DNA of 64,000 bases from an uncultured Bacilli bacterium. GTDB lineage: Bacteria > Bacillota_I > Bacilli_A > RF39 > UBA660. Each line of letters begins with the position of its first letter. Position 1 is the stretch's first letter. Under the pieces are notes generated by a model, which had not been told where the DNA came from, did no database searches, and worked only from the letters and a program-made list of their open reading frames with translations. The stretch spans positions 3,194-67,193 of the forward strand of contig CAKOHR010000005.1 of the NCBI GenBank assembly GCA_934085825.1. The letters run 5' to 3'. Both the position numbers and the translations under genes were made by a program. This document shows positions 17,374 to 28,000 of the stretch, in pieces.

Positions 17374-17856
17374 ATGAAAATAGAGAAAATTGTAGAAATA
17401 TTAACAAAACAAAATAAGACAATATCAACAATGGAATCTTGTACCGGCGGAGGTCTAGCAAATGCCATAACCAACATACCTGGTGCAAGTGAAATCCTAA
17501 AATTTAGCGCAATAACATATTCAAATGAATTTAAAATCAAAATGGGTGTACCTAAAGAAACAATAGATGAATACTCAGTTTATAGCATGGCAACAGCTAT
17601 AGAAATGTCTAAGAAAATATCACAGTTTACTAGTTCAAATTATGCCATAGGTATAACTGGTAAACTAAATAGGGTAGATCCCCATAACTTATCTAGTGAT
17701 GATAATATAGTTTACTTTAGTATCTATAATAAAGATAAGGATATTGTTTATAGTGACTTTTTAAAAGTAACAAAATCATCTAGAAAAGAAAACAAAGAAG
17801 AAGTAATAGATAAAATTATTGACAACTTATATGAAATATTAAAAAAAGAGAACTAA
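17374..17856 (+). CDS. CinA C-terminal domain / nicotinamide-nucleotide amidohydrolase (PncC-like)
   Basis: MESCTGGGLANAITNIPGASE is the CinA-family signature. Confidence 0.8.
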   Translation: MKIEKIVEILTKQNKTISTMESCTGGGLANAITNIPGASEILKFSAITYSNEFKIKMGVPKETIDEYSVYSMATAIEMSKKISQFTSSNYAIGITGKLNRVDPHNLSSDDNIVYFSIYNKDKDIVYSDFLKVTKSSRKENKEEVIDKIIDNLYEILKKEN

Positions 17857-18764
17857 AATAGGTCCCCTTGATAAATATTTCTTTTAACCATCTCTTGATC
17901 AATTCCATTTAAAACCATAAACTTCTTTATGAGCCATTCTGGTGCCACCAATTCATTTAAAATAGGATCCCCAGTAATTCTCATCACCACAATATCTTCA
18001 TTTAATAGCCTAAGTTGAGAGCAAACAATATCAATGTACTCCTCTCTAGTTAAAATATGAAATTTATTTTTTTCATATAAACTAGCCAGCGGAGTATTTT
18101 TTGCTATATAAAGCATATGTATTTTAATCCCATCAACCTTGCAATCATTAACAAATTTAATGGTATTAATCATATCTTCCTTAGTTTCATAAGGAAGTCC
18201 ATTTATAATGTGAGCAACCACAAAAATATTTCTTGCATGCAATTTTTGGGCGGCATCTTTAAATGTTTTACTATCATGTCCACGATTTATAAATCTTAAA
18301 GTATTATCATTACTACTTTGAAGTCCAAGTTCTACGATTAAAAATGTTTTTTTATTTAACTCTTCCAAATAATCTAACCATTCATCTGATAAACAATCTG
18401 GTCTAGTAGCAATATCAATTCCCACAACTTTAGGTATCATAAGAAGTTTATCAACATAACCTTTAACTAAATTTTTATCATTAAAAGTATTTGTACCAGA
18501 TTGAAAATAAGGGATATACAAACTATCTGGCCATTTTTGTTCCATAATTTTTCTTCCATTTTCAAATTGCTCTAAAATATCTAAACTATTATCACTAATA
18601 CTAGCAACAGACTTATTAGAACAATATATACAACCACCACTTGCTTGATTCGGACATATACTATTTATATCTAAGGGTACTTTAAAAACTTTTTGCCCAA
18701 ACTTTTTCTTAAAAAAGTAATTCAAAGTATGATATCTTTTATTATCTAATGTATTTTTGAACAT
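17853..18764 (-). CDS. Radical SAM protein, TIGR01212/YtqA-like
   Basis: CPNQASGGCIYCS cluster motif near the N-terminus and family-like length (303 aa). Confidence 0.75.
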   Translation of the reverse strand: MFKNTLDNKRYHTLNYFFKKKFGQKVFKVPLDINSICPNQASGGCIYCSNKSVASISDNSLDILEQFENGRKIMEQKWPDSLYIPYFQSGTNTFNDKNLVKGYVDKLLMIPKVVGIDIATRPDCLSDEWLDYLEELNKKTFLIVELGLQSSNDNTLRFINRGHDSKTFKDAAQKLHARNIFVVAHIINGLPYETKEDMINTIKFVNDCKVDGIKIHMLYIAKNTPLASLYEKNKFHILTREEYIDIVCSQLRLLNEDIVVMRITGDPILNELVAPEWLIKKFMVLNGIDQEMVKRNIYQGDLF

Positions 18765-18848
18765 ATAACCACCTGTTAGTATTTTAACACGTAAAACAAC
18801 AAAATAAAAGTTGTTATTTTTAAGATTTGTGGTATACTATTATTAGTT

Positions 18849-18924
18849 GCTGGAATAGCTCAGTTGGTAGAGCAATGCCCTCGTAACGCATAGGTCATAG
18901 GTTCAAGTCCCATTTCCAGCACCA
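18849..18924 (+). tRNA. tRNA-Thr (anticodon CGT)
   Basis: Manual cloverleaf. Acceptor stem GCTGGAA/TTCCAGC, D arm GCTC-AGTTGGTA-GAGC, anticodon loop CT-CGT-AA, T loop TTCAAGT, encoded CCA. Two non-Watson-Crick pairs (C31-C39, A51-C63). Confidence 0.8.
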
Positions 18925-18936
18925 TTTAGAAATAAT

Positions 18937-18956
18937 CCCCGTAACATCGGGGTTTT
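18937..18956 (+). terminator. Terminator after the tRNA
   Basis: CCCCG / CGGGG stem, 6-nt loop, then TTTT. Confidence 0.6.
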
Positions 18957-19055
18957 ATTATGAAATAAAATTATTTTAAATAAATAATAAATTTTATATA
19001 TACAAAAAATATACGATATGTTATAATGAACATATCAGAAAAAGGAGGCGTAAAA

Positions 19056-19721
19056 ATGCGTGTATATGGAATGAATGTTTTAAAGGAACTAGACAAGAAA
19101 AAAATCAAAAAAGTATTCACATCACGTAAAGAAGTTTGTAAGTATTGTAGTGAAAACAAAATAAAATATGAGTTTGTCGATAACCACTTATTAAACAAAA
19201 TGTGTGAATATAATCATCAAGGTGTAGTAATAGATGCTTTTGACTATGATTATTATAGTTTAAAAGATCTTGAAGGCAACTTTGTTTTAATACTAGACCA
19301 CTTAGAAGACCCGCATAACTTTGGGGCAATTATAAGAACTTGTGCAGCAGTAGGAATAAAATCAATAATCATCCCAAAAGATAGGAGTGTCGGAGTAACA
19401 GATGTTGTTGTTAAAACGAGCGTAGGTACAATAAATTACGTGAAGATAATCATGGTTAATAACTTAGTGGCCACAATAAAATCCTTACAAAAAGATGGTT
19501 TCTTTGTTTATGCTGCATCAATGGAAGGTGAAGACTTTAGAAAAATTGACTATAGCACAAAAAGAGCATTAGTAATAGGCAATGAAGGTGCTGGAGTAAG
19601 TAGACTTGTCAAAGAAAACAGTGATGTTCTAGTAAGCATACCAATGAATAAAAATGTAGAGAGTTTAAATGCATCGGTAGCAGCCAGCATTCTCATCTAC
19701 CACATGGGTGAAAATGTTTGA
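19056..19721 (+). CDS. rlmB: 23S rRNA 2'-O-ribose methyltransferase, SpoU/TrmH family
   Basis: LDHLEDPHNFGAIIRTCAAVG, LVIGNEGAGVS and SLNASVAASILIY are the SpoU motifs. GGAGG RBS before the ATG at 19056. Conserved position upstream of the sigma factor-secE-nusG genes. Confidence 0.75.
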   Translation: MRVYGMNVLKELDKKKIKKVFTSRKEVCKYCSENKIKYEFVDNHLLNKMCEYNHQGVVIDAFDYDYYSLKDLEGNFVLILDHLEDPHNFGAIIRTCAAVGIKSIIIPKDRSVGVTDVVVKTSVGTINYVKIIMVNNLVATIKSLQKDGFFVYAASMEGEDFRKIDYSTKRALVIGNEGAGVSRLVKENSDVLVSIPMNKNVESLNASVAASILIYHMGENV

Positions 19722-20304
19722 TATTAGTGACTCTGAACTTGTAATGCTATATCGCGAAAATAATGAAGAAGCTGCATTAATTTTAAATCAAAAATATACA
19801 ATTATAATAAAAAAAATAATTAATAGATACTATCCACCTTTAAAAAAATTAAATATCAACATGGATGAGCTAATGCTAAATTGTCACGAACTTTTAAACA
19901 ATGCTCTAGAAACATACAATTCTTTATCTAAAGCATCCTTTCAAACATATTTAAATCTTATAATAGATCGAAATATAAAAAAAGTTATTATCAAGGAACT
20001 AAGAAAATTAAAAAATAACCCTGAAGATTCATTTACAAGCATTGATGACATATCAAATAATGATTTAAATACAAGTATTGATCCCTTAAATGTTTTATGT
20101 ACAAAAGAAAATGAACAAGATATAAACAAGTTAATTATAGAAAAACTAAACAATAAAGAACTTGCAATATTTTCACTTCTATTAGATGGTTTATCCTATA
20201 AAGATATAGCATGTACGTTAATGCAAAGTTATAAACAGATTTATAAAAAGGTACAAAATATAAGAAAAAAATTAGCTCCAGAACTTCAAAAAATGTTTTA
20301 TTAG
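19708..20304 (+). CDS. Sigma-70 family sigma factor (SigH-like by position)
   Basis: Has a region-2-like N-terminus and a region-4 HTH (LSYKDIACTLMQSYKQIYKKVQNIRKKL). It occupies the locus where Bacillus carries sigH (rlmB ... sigH ... secE-nusG). Confidence 0.6.
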   Translation: MKMFDISDSELVMLYRENNEEAALILNQKYTIIIKKIINRYYPPLKKLNINMDELMLNCHELLNNALETYNSLSKASFQTYLNLIIDRNIKKVIIKELRKLKNNPEDSFTSIDDISNNDLNTSIDPLNVLCTKENEQDINKLIIEKLNNKELAIFSLLLDGLSYKDIACTLMQSYKQIYKKVQNIRKKLAPELQKMFY

Positions 20305-20307
20305 AGC

Positions 20308-20336
20308 TTGCATTTTTCTGTTACATATGCTATATT
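20308..20336 (+). promoter_or_regulatory. Candidate promoter for secE-nusG
   Basis: TTGCAT, 17-nt spacer, TATATT. A GAAA-tetraloop hairpin (20339-20362) follows and probably terminates the sigma factor gene. Confidence 0.4.
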
Positions 20337-20382
20337 ATAAAAGAACACGAAAGTGTTTTTTTAAATGGAGGTTTTTAAAACT

Positions 20383-20649
20383 ATGGCAAAAGAAGCTGAA
20401 AAAGCAAAAAAAGTAACAGAAGTTACTAAAGACAACAAAAAGAAAAAAGACAAAATTAAAAGTAATAAGAAAGGTCCTAAAGAAAGTTATTTTAAAAAAG
20501 TAAAAAAAGAACTTAAGCTAGTAAAATGGCCAACAGCTAAAGATGTGTTAAAATATACAATTTCAACAATTGTATTTTGCATAATATTGTGTGCATTATT
20601 TATGGCACTTAACTTAATATTATCATTAGTAAAAGGATGGTTAGCATAA
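20383..20649 (+). CDS. secE: Preprotein translocase subunit SecE
   Basis: Lys-rich N-terminus, then KVKKELKLVKWPTAKDVLKYTISTIVF plus a single TM helix. Immediately upstream of nusG. Confidence 0.8.
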   Translation: MAKEAEKAKKVTEVTKDNKKKKDKIKSNKKGPKESYFKKVKKELKLVKWPTAKDVLKYTISTIVFCIILCALFMALNLILSLVKGWLA

Positions 20650-21182
20650 TGGAAAAACTTTGGTACGTAGTAAATACTTATTCAGGACATGAAAATAAAG
20701 TAAAAGAAAAATTAGAAGCAAGAACAGAATCAATGGGAATGCAAGATTACATTTTCCGCGTAATTGTTCCAGAAACAACAGAAGTTGAAGTAAAAGATGG
20801 AGTAAAAAAGGAAAAAGTAAAGAAAATGTTCCCAGGATATGTTCTAGTTGAAATGATAATGACAGATGAGGCATGGTACATTGTAAGAAATACTCCAGGT
20901 GTTACAGGATTTATTGGTTCAAGTGGAAAAGGAGCAAAACCAACTCCATTACTTCCTCAAGAAATTGATAGAATTTTAGCTAACATGGGTATGAGTAGAG
21001 TAGATGTTGAATCTGAACTTAAAGTCGGAGACACAGTTAATATTATTGATGGTCCATTCAGTGGTATGACAGGTAAAGTTGATAACATCGACATTGAAAA
21101 CAACAGATTAAACATTATAATTGATTTATTTGGTCAAGAAACAAATGTTGATGTTGAAGTCTTCCAAGTTAGTAAAATATAA
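20649..21182 (+). CDS. nusG: Transcription termination/antitermination factor NusG
   Basis: WYVVNTYSGHENKVKEKLE (NGN domain) and the KOW motif GDTVNIIDGPFSGMTGKV. Confidence 0.9.
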   Translation: MEKLWYVVNTYSGHENKVKEKLEARTESMGMQDYIFRVIVPETTEVEVKDGVKKEKVKKMFPGYVLVEMIMTDEAWYIVRNTPGVTGFIGSSGKGAKPTPLLPQEIDRILANMGMSRVDVESELKVGDTVNIIDGPFSGMTGKVDNIDIENNRLNIIIDLFGQETNVDVEVFQVSKI

Positions 21183-21190
21183 ATTAAAAA

Positions 21191-21218
21191 TTCGAAGTTT
21201 AATCTTCGGATTTTTTTT
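21191..21218. terminator. Terminator after nusG, shared with the convergent gene
   Basis: TTCGAAG / CTTCGGA stem, 6-nt loop, then T8. Confidence 0.6.
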
Positions 21219-22284
21219 CATCTTTAAATACCTCTAGATTCTTTTTAATTCTTTCATTATTAGGATTTATTTTTAAAGCCTCTTTGGCATTTTTAATAGC
21301 ATTTTCATAATCACCTAAATAAAAGTATGAGATGGATAATAAATCATTTAATGTTTCATCATAACTAAATAGTTCATTAATATACGATTTAGGGTTATAT
21401 TTAATTTCCAAAGCTTTATTACCATATTTACAAACATTTTCAAAATCTTCTAAAATAAAGTATAAAATAGTAAGTTCAACATATGGATCTCTAAGATATG
21501 GAGCTTCATCTATAGCTTTATAAAGCCACATAAGTGATTCATCATATCTATTTAAAGCTTTATAGCATCTAGCAATAAACCTCATAGATGCACATCTTTC
21601 ATCTTTCCAAGTAGCATTTTTCATATTTAGATGTTTAATGAGAGTATCAATAGCATCATTCCATTTTCCATAATACATATACTCTCTACCTAAATAATGC
21701 ATATTTCTATCATCATCTGGTTTTTCTTTCACAGCAAGCTCTAAAAGTGGTAAATAATTAGAACGTGATTTTTCTCTATCTGGATAATGATTTACAATAA
21801 CATCATCACTAACTACAACATTCTCATCATGATCGAATTCTAATATTTCATGCACCGGATTTACCCATTTACATCCATTCCTCTTATGTATTTTTTCAGC
21901 ATAATAAGTAATTTTAGGAATGCCTCCTTCTATATACCAATTATAGATATATCTAAGTCTATCAGTATCACTTTTCCATACCTTTAAAATATTTTCTTTC
22001 CATCCACATTCTAAAACCTCATCTAAATCTAAAGAAATACATATGTCAAAGTCTTTTGGAACCATTTTTAAAGCTTCACATCTAGCAACATCAAATCTCC
22101 ATGGTTTTATTTCCATTTGTTTTACACATACTCCATAATTCTTTAATTTTTCTATAGTATTATCAGTTGAACCAGTATCTAAAACAAATATTCCATCAGC
22201 ATCTTTAATTGATTCATACCATCTATCAACAAACTTTTCTTCATTTTTACATATTGCATAAACACATATTTTAATATCGACCAA
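21199..22284 (-). CDS. Family 2 glycosyltransferase fused to C-terminal TPR repeats
   Basis: ICVYAICKNEEKFVDRWYESI...VLDTGSTDNT is GT2-like. The C-terminal half has TPR-like repeats (YYLGDYENAIKNAKEALKINPNN). Confidence 0.65.
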   Translation of the reverse strand: MVDIKICVYAICKNEEKFVDRWYESIKDADGIFVLDTGSTDNTIEKLKNYGVCVKQMEIKPWRFDVARCEALKMVPKDFDICISLDLDEVLECGWKENILKVWKSDTDRLRYIYNWYIEGGIPKITYYAEKIHKRNGCKWVNPVHEILEFDHDENVVVSDDVIVNHYPDREKSRSNYLPLLELAVKEKPDDDRNMHYLGREYMYYGKWNDAIDTLIKHLNMKNATWKDERCASMRFIARCYKALNRYDESLMWLYKAIDEAPYLRDPYVELTILYFILEDFENVCKYGNKALEIKYNPKSYINELFSYDETLNDLLSISYFYLGDYENAIKNAKEALKINPNNERIKKNLEVFKDEKKSED

Positions 22285-22291
22285 ACCCTTT

Positions 22292-23188
22292 CTATATTCC
22301 TATATATTCAAATAAAATACTAACTGGTGAATTAACAAAATAAGAATCACTATTTATATTATTTAAATCCGGAGTTTTTAAATAAATGCTTTTTTTACCT
22401 AGATTAACTAAACTATATAAAATACTTGGATCAACAACTGCTACAATCCCATTTGCACTTATTTCTTTAGGCATTTCATCGCTTATAAAATTACTTGCAC
22501 CAACATATATATTATCACTATCATTAGGTTTAAAACCTATAGCAACAAAATCTTTAGAAGGGTCAAATACACCATCTTTTTTTACATAAGCATTTACTTT
22601 AAAAGTTATTTTATAATGACCAGCTTTATTAAATTTAATTTTATTATTATTTAAAGTAACAATATTCTTATTATCTATTTCTTTTCTGCTTATTGGAATA
22701 TCTTCCATTATTTTAACTTCAATTCCATCATCAGTAAAATTATCAATAAATTTAGCTACATATGCCATTTCAATTAAGTATGGTCCTTCTGGTCCAGTTG
22801 GTCCAATATCACCTTTTTCACCCTTTACTCCATCAAACCCTTGAGGTATATAGAAATCTAGTTTATGAGTATTTCCGTCAAATGTATCAATAACTTTTGC
22901 TCTAGCATTAGCATCTAAAGTTTCAGTTTTTCCAATTAATATTTTTTCGCCATTTCCATCATTACCTTTAGGAATGTAAAAATCTAGTATTACATTATCA
23001 TTAGTTCCACTATTTTGAACTTTAGCATTTTCATTAGAATTAACAGTATAAGTTTTTCCAACGCTAACAGTAGTAGGCCCTTGAGGCCCAGCAGGTCCCG
23101 TAGGTCCAGGAATAGGAATACAATTATATATTGGTCCATCTAATTTAGCACATTTAACTTTCTTTAAAGCTTTTTCCATATTATTCAT
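22292..23188 (-). CDS. Collagen-like (G-X-Y) repeat surface protein
   Basis: GPTGPAGPQGPTT and GVKGEKGDIGPTGPEGP stretches. Duplicated module ..LDFYIP(K/Q)G.DG. Confidence 0.6.
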   Translation of the reverse strand: MNNMEKALKKVKCAKLDGPIYNCIPIPGPTGPAGPQGPTTVSVGKTYTVNSNENAKVQNSGTNDNVILDFYIPKGNDGNGEKILIGKTETLDANARAKVIDTFDGNTHKLDFYIPQGFDGVKGEKGDIGPTGPEGPYLIEMAYVAKFIDNFTDDGIEVKIMEDIPISRKEIDNKNIVTLNNNKIKFNKAGHYKITFKVNAYVKKDGVFDPSKDFVAIGFKPNDSDNIYVGASNFISDEMPKEISANGIVAVVDPSILYSLVNLGKKSIYLKTPDLNNINSDSYFVNSPVSILFEYIGI

Positions 23189-23308
23189 GGCTTTTCAACT
23201 CCTTTAATATAATAGTATGTAAAATAAAAGTGCATAATTAATAATGAAGCCTAAAAAAGTTGAATAGAATAGTATATTATACTATAATATTAATGCGGAG
23301 AAATAATA

Positions 23309-24040
23309 ATGAAAGAGGATAAAGCTTATATTAAATACAAAAAATTTGCCAAAGATTACAAATTATCAAATTATGATATCAAAAGACTATGGCGTATAAT
23401 TGAACCAATCGCGGTTCACAAAGAGTTCTCTAAAAGATGTAGTGCCCCTTACTTTCATCATGATGTAAAAACTCTTGGTGACCATATTCTTTGTGATGCC
23501 ATTGTAACTTATAAACTAGCATCTAAACTTAAAAGAAATAACCATAGTATGAAAGATATTAATATACATAACGCTGTTGTTATTGCTATGTTCCATGATT
23601 TATATGAACTTCCTTGGCAAAATATTGGAGTAAAGAAAATAATGCGAAATAAGCACGGTTTTGTTCATCCAATTGAAGCTATAACTAATGCTATAACTTG
23701 GTTTCCAGAGTATTTTAAAAGTAAAGAAAGAGCAATGGTTATTATTGATGGAGTTATTCATCATATGTTTCCTTTAGCAGTTAGAAGAATTGATGAAGCT
23801 GATATGGAGTTAAATAATAAAGAAAAGTATGAACAATTACCCAAAATGTATAAAGATATGATTAAGTTATCAACAGATATTGGTAGAATAGGGCATTATT
23901 CATTAAGAAAATCATTCTTTATTGAAGGCCGGATTATGTCTAAAGCAGATAAAATAGTAGCTTTAAAAAAAGATATAGGTTCATTAAATGGTTACTTAGC
24001 ACTTTTAAGTGGTAAGAATAAAAATATAAATAAAAAGTAA
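23309..24040 (+). CDS. HD-domain phosphohydrolase-like protein
   Basis: His/Asp pattern HHDV...GDH...FHDLYE...HP...HH. Confidence 0.45.
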   Translation: MKEDKAYIKYKKFAKDYKLSNYDIKRLWRIIEPIAVHKEFSKRCSAPYFHHDVKTLGDHILCDAIVTYKLASKLKRNNHSMKDINIHNAVVIAMFHDLYELPWQNIGVKKIMRNKHGFVHPIEAITNAITWFPEYFKSKERAMVIIDGVIHHMFPLAVRRIDEADMELNNKEKYEQLPKMYKDMIKLSTDIGRIGHYSLRKSFFIEGRIMSKADKIVALKKDIGSLNGYLALLSGKNKNINKK

Positions 24041-24245
24041 AAAAGTTTATTATCAGATTAACTAAAAGTTTTCTAAAAATTTAACAAAAACAATGAAATC
24101 GACTGAAGAAATGGTTGAAATAGAGAATCAAAAGTTATAAATATAAAGAAGAATTTTATAATTATTATATGGAAGGAAATAGAACGTCTATAAATCTGAA
24201 TCTGAAATTAAAACTGAACCAATTCGCATAAACAAGTGACTAAAC

Positions 24246-24277
24246 AAAAACATCTATGCTTCGTAGATGTTTTTTTA
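24246..24277. terminator. Bidirectional terminator
   Basis: ACATCTA / TAGATGT stem flanked by an A-run and T7. Confidence 0.65.
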
Positions 24278-24278
24278 A

Positions 24279-24848
24279 CTAATATATCTTATTAGGAAGT
24301 AGGGTATCTAAATATTTAAGTATATCGTCTTTTTCATATTTATTTGGAAATTTAATATATTCTAAACACACATTAATAACAGCACTAACATAAAATTTAG
24401 AAATAATTTCCACAGGTATTTCTGTATTTAATATTTTATTACTTTTTCTAATATGATTTTCTACATCTCTATAAATAACATCATTTGCCATATCCATAAC
24501 AATACTATTATTATTTTTCTTAAGAATTGAAGAATAAACATTAATATTATTACTTATATGATCAAAAAATATTTCTATCATTTGCATATAATATTCTTTA
24601 GCATTATTATAATTTTCATTAGCTTCAAGTTTAGAAACTAAATCTTCTTCCAAATCATTAATTAAAGAATCTAAAAGTTCATACTTATCAGAAAAATGAT
24701 CATAAAATGTAGACCTATTAGTCAAAGCAGCACTACATATATCAGATACTTTTATTTCTTCAAAAGTTCTTTCTTTCATAAGAGTAAGCAAACCTTCATA
24801 AAGATTCTTTTTTGTTTTAATTATTCTTAAATCGACTTTTTTTGCCAT
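24279..24848 (-). CDS. TetR/AcrR-family transcriptional regulator
   Basis: N-terminal HTH TFEEIKVSDICSAALTNRSTFYDHFSDKYELL. Divergent from the MMPL transporter gene. Confidence 0.85.
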   Translation of the reverse strand: MAKKVDLRIIKTKKNLYEGLLTLMKERTFEEIKVSDICSAALTNRSTFYDHFSDKYELLDSLINDLEEDLVSKLEANENYNNAKEYYMQMIEIFFDHISNNINVYSSILKKNNNSIVMDMANDVIYRDVENHIRKSNKILNTEIPVEIISKFYVSAVINVCLEYIKFPNKYEKDDILKYLDTLLPNKIY

Positions 24849-24900
24849 TATTCTTCACCTACCTACATTATACAGCAAAAACATCATTTGTAAACATAAA

Positions 24901-24946
24901 CAACAAATGTTGGCACAAATATCGTACAATAAGCAACACTTTGTTG
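24901..24946. promoter_or_regulatory. Two similar short inverted repeats, candidate TetR operators
   Basis: CAACA-AA-TGTTG (24901-24912) and CAACA-CTT-TGTTG (24934-24946), in the divergent intergenic region. Confidence 0.4.
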
Positions 24947-25024
24947 GATAATATACAAATAAAGTGTTTTGCTTTTGAAAAATCTAAATTTTTATCATAG
25001 TATATATAGCGTGGTGAGAAAAAT

Positions 25025-28000
25025 ATGAAAAAATTTGCAAAGTTTATAGCAACACATAGTGCTCTTATTCTAATAATAAATTTTTTATTATTAGTACCAG
25101 CTATCTATGGTTATGTAAATACGAGGATTAACTATGATATCTTAGTTTATCTTCCTGATTCAGTAGATACCATTAAAGGTGAAAACATCTTAACAGATGA
25201 TTTTGGTCTAGGTGCTTATGCCTTTGTTATGGTGGATACATCTAATAACAAAAAAATATTAGATTTAGAAAAAGATATCAAAAAAATTGAAGGAGTAAAT
25301 GCTGTACTTAGTATTGCTGATGTAACAGACGCAGTTATTCCTGTAGATATGTTACCAACACAAGTAGCAGAAAAACTAAATAAAGATAATGAAACCATTA
25401 TTATGGTAACATTTGATGGTGGGGCTAGTGAAGATGTAACAATCAATGCCGTAAGAACCCTTCGTGAAGTTGTCGGGGACGCTACTAAAGTAAGTAGTAT
25501 GACTAGTATGGTAATTGACACAATGGACTTATCAAATAAAGAAATATTTGTCTATGTTACAATTGCAGTTATTCTATGTTTAGCAGTACTATTTATAGCA
25601 ACAGACTCTTATGTAATTCCATTCTTCTTACTTGGAAATATTGGTTTTGCTATTATTTATAACATGGGAACAAATATCTTCCTAGGACAAATATCTTATA
25701 TTACACAGGCAATAACCGCAGTTCTTCAACTTGGTGTTACAATGGACTTCTCAATATTCTTGTATCATAAATATGAACAAGCTAAAATGGACAATCCAAA
25801 TATGCCAAAAACCGAGGCAATGGCTAGTGCAATCGTGGCAACATTCCAATCAGTTCTAGGTTCTTCTCTTACAACATTTGCAGGATTTCTAGCATTATGT
25901 ACAATGGATTTAACCCTTGGTACTGATATTGGTATAGTTATGGCTAAAGGTGTTCTATGGGGCTTAATTTGTGTTCTTACGTTATTCCCAGCTCTACTTA
26001 TGGTCGGGGATAAATTAATAGATAAAACAAAGCACAAAGTATTACTTCCAGAATTCAAAAAATTACAAGAGTTTTCAACTAAACATTATAAAGGCATTAT
26101 TGCAACATTCCTAATTTTATTAGTGCCAGCTTTCTATGGAAATAACAACTATGATGTTTATTATAAATTAGATGAGTCACTTCCAAAAGATTTAGCATTT
26201 AATGTTGCAAACTCTGCTCTAGCAGACAAATTCAGTATTGTTTCTCCAGAAATAATATTACTTGACAAAAATATTAAGACAAATGATGTCAAAGAACTTG
26301 CAAACAAATTAGAAAATATCGAAGGTATTGACTTAGTTCTTGCTCCATCTACACTTATGGACCCAGCAGTTGCAATGTTACTTCCAAGCGACCTAAGTAA
26401 AATGATGGATAATGACAAATATCAACTTGTTATTGTAAACTCAACATATGAAATAGCATCAGATGAACTTGCAAGTCAAATTAAGAAAATCGACGATTTA
26501 GTTAAATCTTATGATAAAAACAGTATCATCGCTGGTGAAGGTCCACTTATGAATGACTTAGTAACTATCGCTGACCATGACTTTAAAATGGTTAATTATA
26601 CATCAATTTTAGTAATATTTATAATAATGATATTAGTACTAAAACAAATAAATTTACCAATAGTTTTAATACTTACCATAGAATTTGCTATATTCTGTAA
26701 TATGTCACTTGCATTTTACACTAACACAACTCTTCCATTTATAGCTTCAATTGTAGTGGGTACTATCCAACTCGGAGCAACAATTGACTATGCAATTTTA
26801 ATGTCAACAAAATACATGGAAGAAAGAAAATCTATTAAAGATAAAAAAGAAGCAATGCTTAAAACATTAAGTTTAACAGTTCCCTCAATTATAACATCCG
26901 CATTATGTTTCTTTGCTGCCACATTCGGAGTTGCAGCTTATACTAAAATAGATATGATAGGTAGCATATGTGATCTTTTATCAAGAGGAGCAATCATATC
27001 AATGTTAGTAGTTATCCTTATATTACCAGCATTATTAATGGTATGTGATAAATTTATTATAAAAAATAAGAAAGAAGGAAAAAATATGAAAAAAATGAAA
27101 ACTGTAGCAACAACACTCACAATCGGGGCTTTAACTTTAATTCCATTTAGTGCCAGTGCAGCTAAAACAGAAACCATTTACACAAATATGGATTACTCAG
27201 GTAATATAAAAAAAACAACAATAAGTAATCACATTGAAAACACAAAAGAAGGAGAAATTTCTGATAATTCACTACTTACTAATATTTTAAATGTAAACGG
27301 AAGTGAAAACTTTACACAAGATGATACTCATGTTACATGGTATGCCAAAGGAAAAGATATTTTTTACACCGGAGAAACAAAACAAGCAAATCCAATTAAT
27401 ATAGTTACAAAATATTATTTAGATGGAAAAGAAACTAAAGCCGAAGACATGATAGGTAAAAGTGGTAAAGTAAAAATAGAAATATCTCTTATTAACAATT
27501 CTTTACTTCGTACTAACAATACATTTACACCATATGTTGTTGCAATAGGTTCAATGATGGATAGTGATACAAATAAAAATATCACAGTTACAAATGGTAA
27601 AGTAACAGATACAGGAACACGTACAATGTTACTTGCAATAAGTGCTCCAGGACTATATGAATATACAAACATAAATGAATTTAAAAATTTAAATAAAGTA
27701 ACAATTATCTATGAAACAACAGATTTTGACATAAATGATATTTATATGGTAGCATCACCTAAAATTTTATCAGAACTTGATTTAGAAATTTTTGATAAAT
27801 TAGATAAGTTTTCATCCTCAATTGATACTTTAAGTTCTAGCATGGATGCTCTTGAAGAAGGAACAAAAAAATTATCTGATGGTACAAGTAGTTTACTTAC
27901 AAATACAACTGTATTTAATGAAAAAATAAAAACAGCATCAGATGCATTAAACAAAATTGCAAATGGCACAACGAAACTTACACAAGGTGTTGATGAAATG

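Noticed and set aside
18849-18924. The tRNA-Thr as the integration site of the upstream island.
   Set aside because: About 2 kb of core genes (cinA-like, radical SAM) separate it from the island. I found no repeat of the tRNA 3' end in the window.
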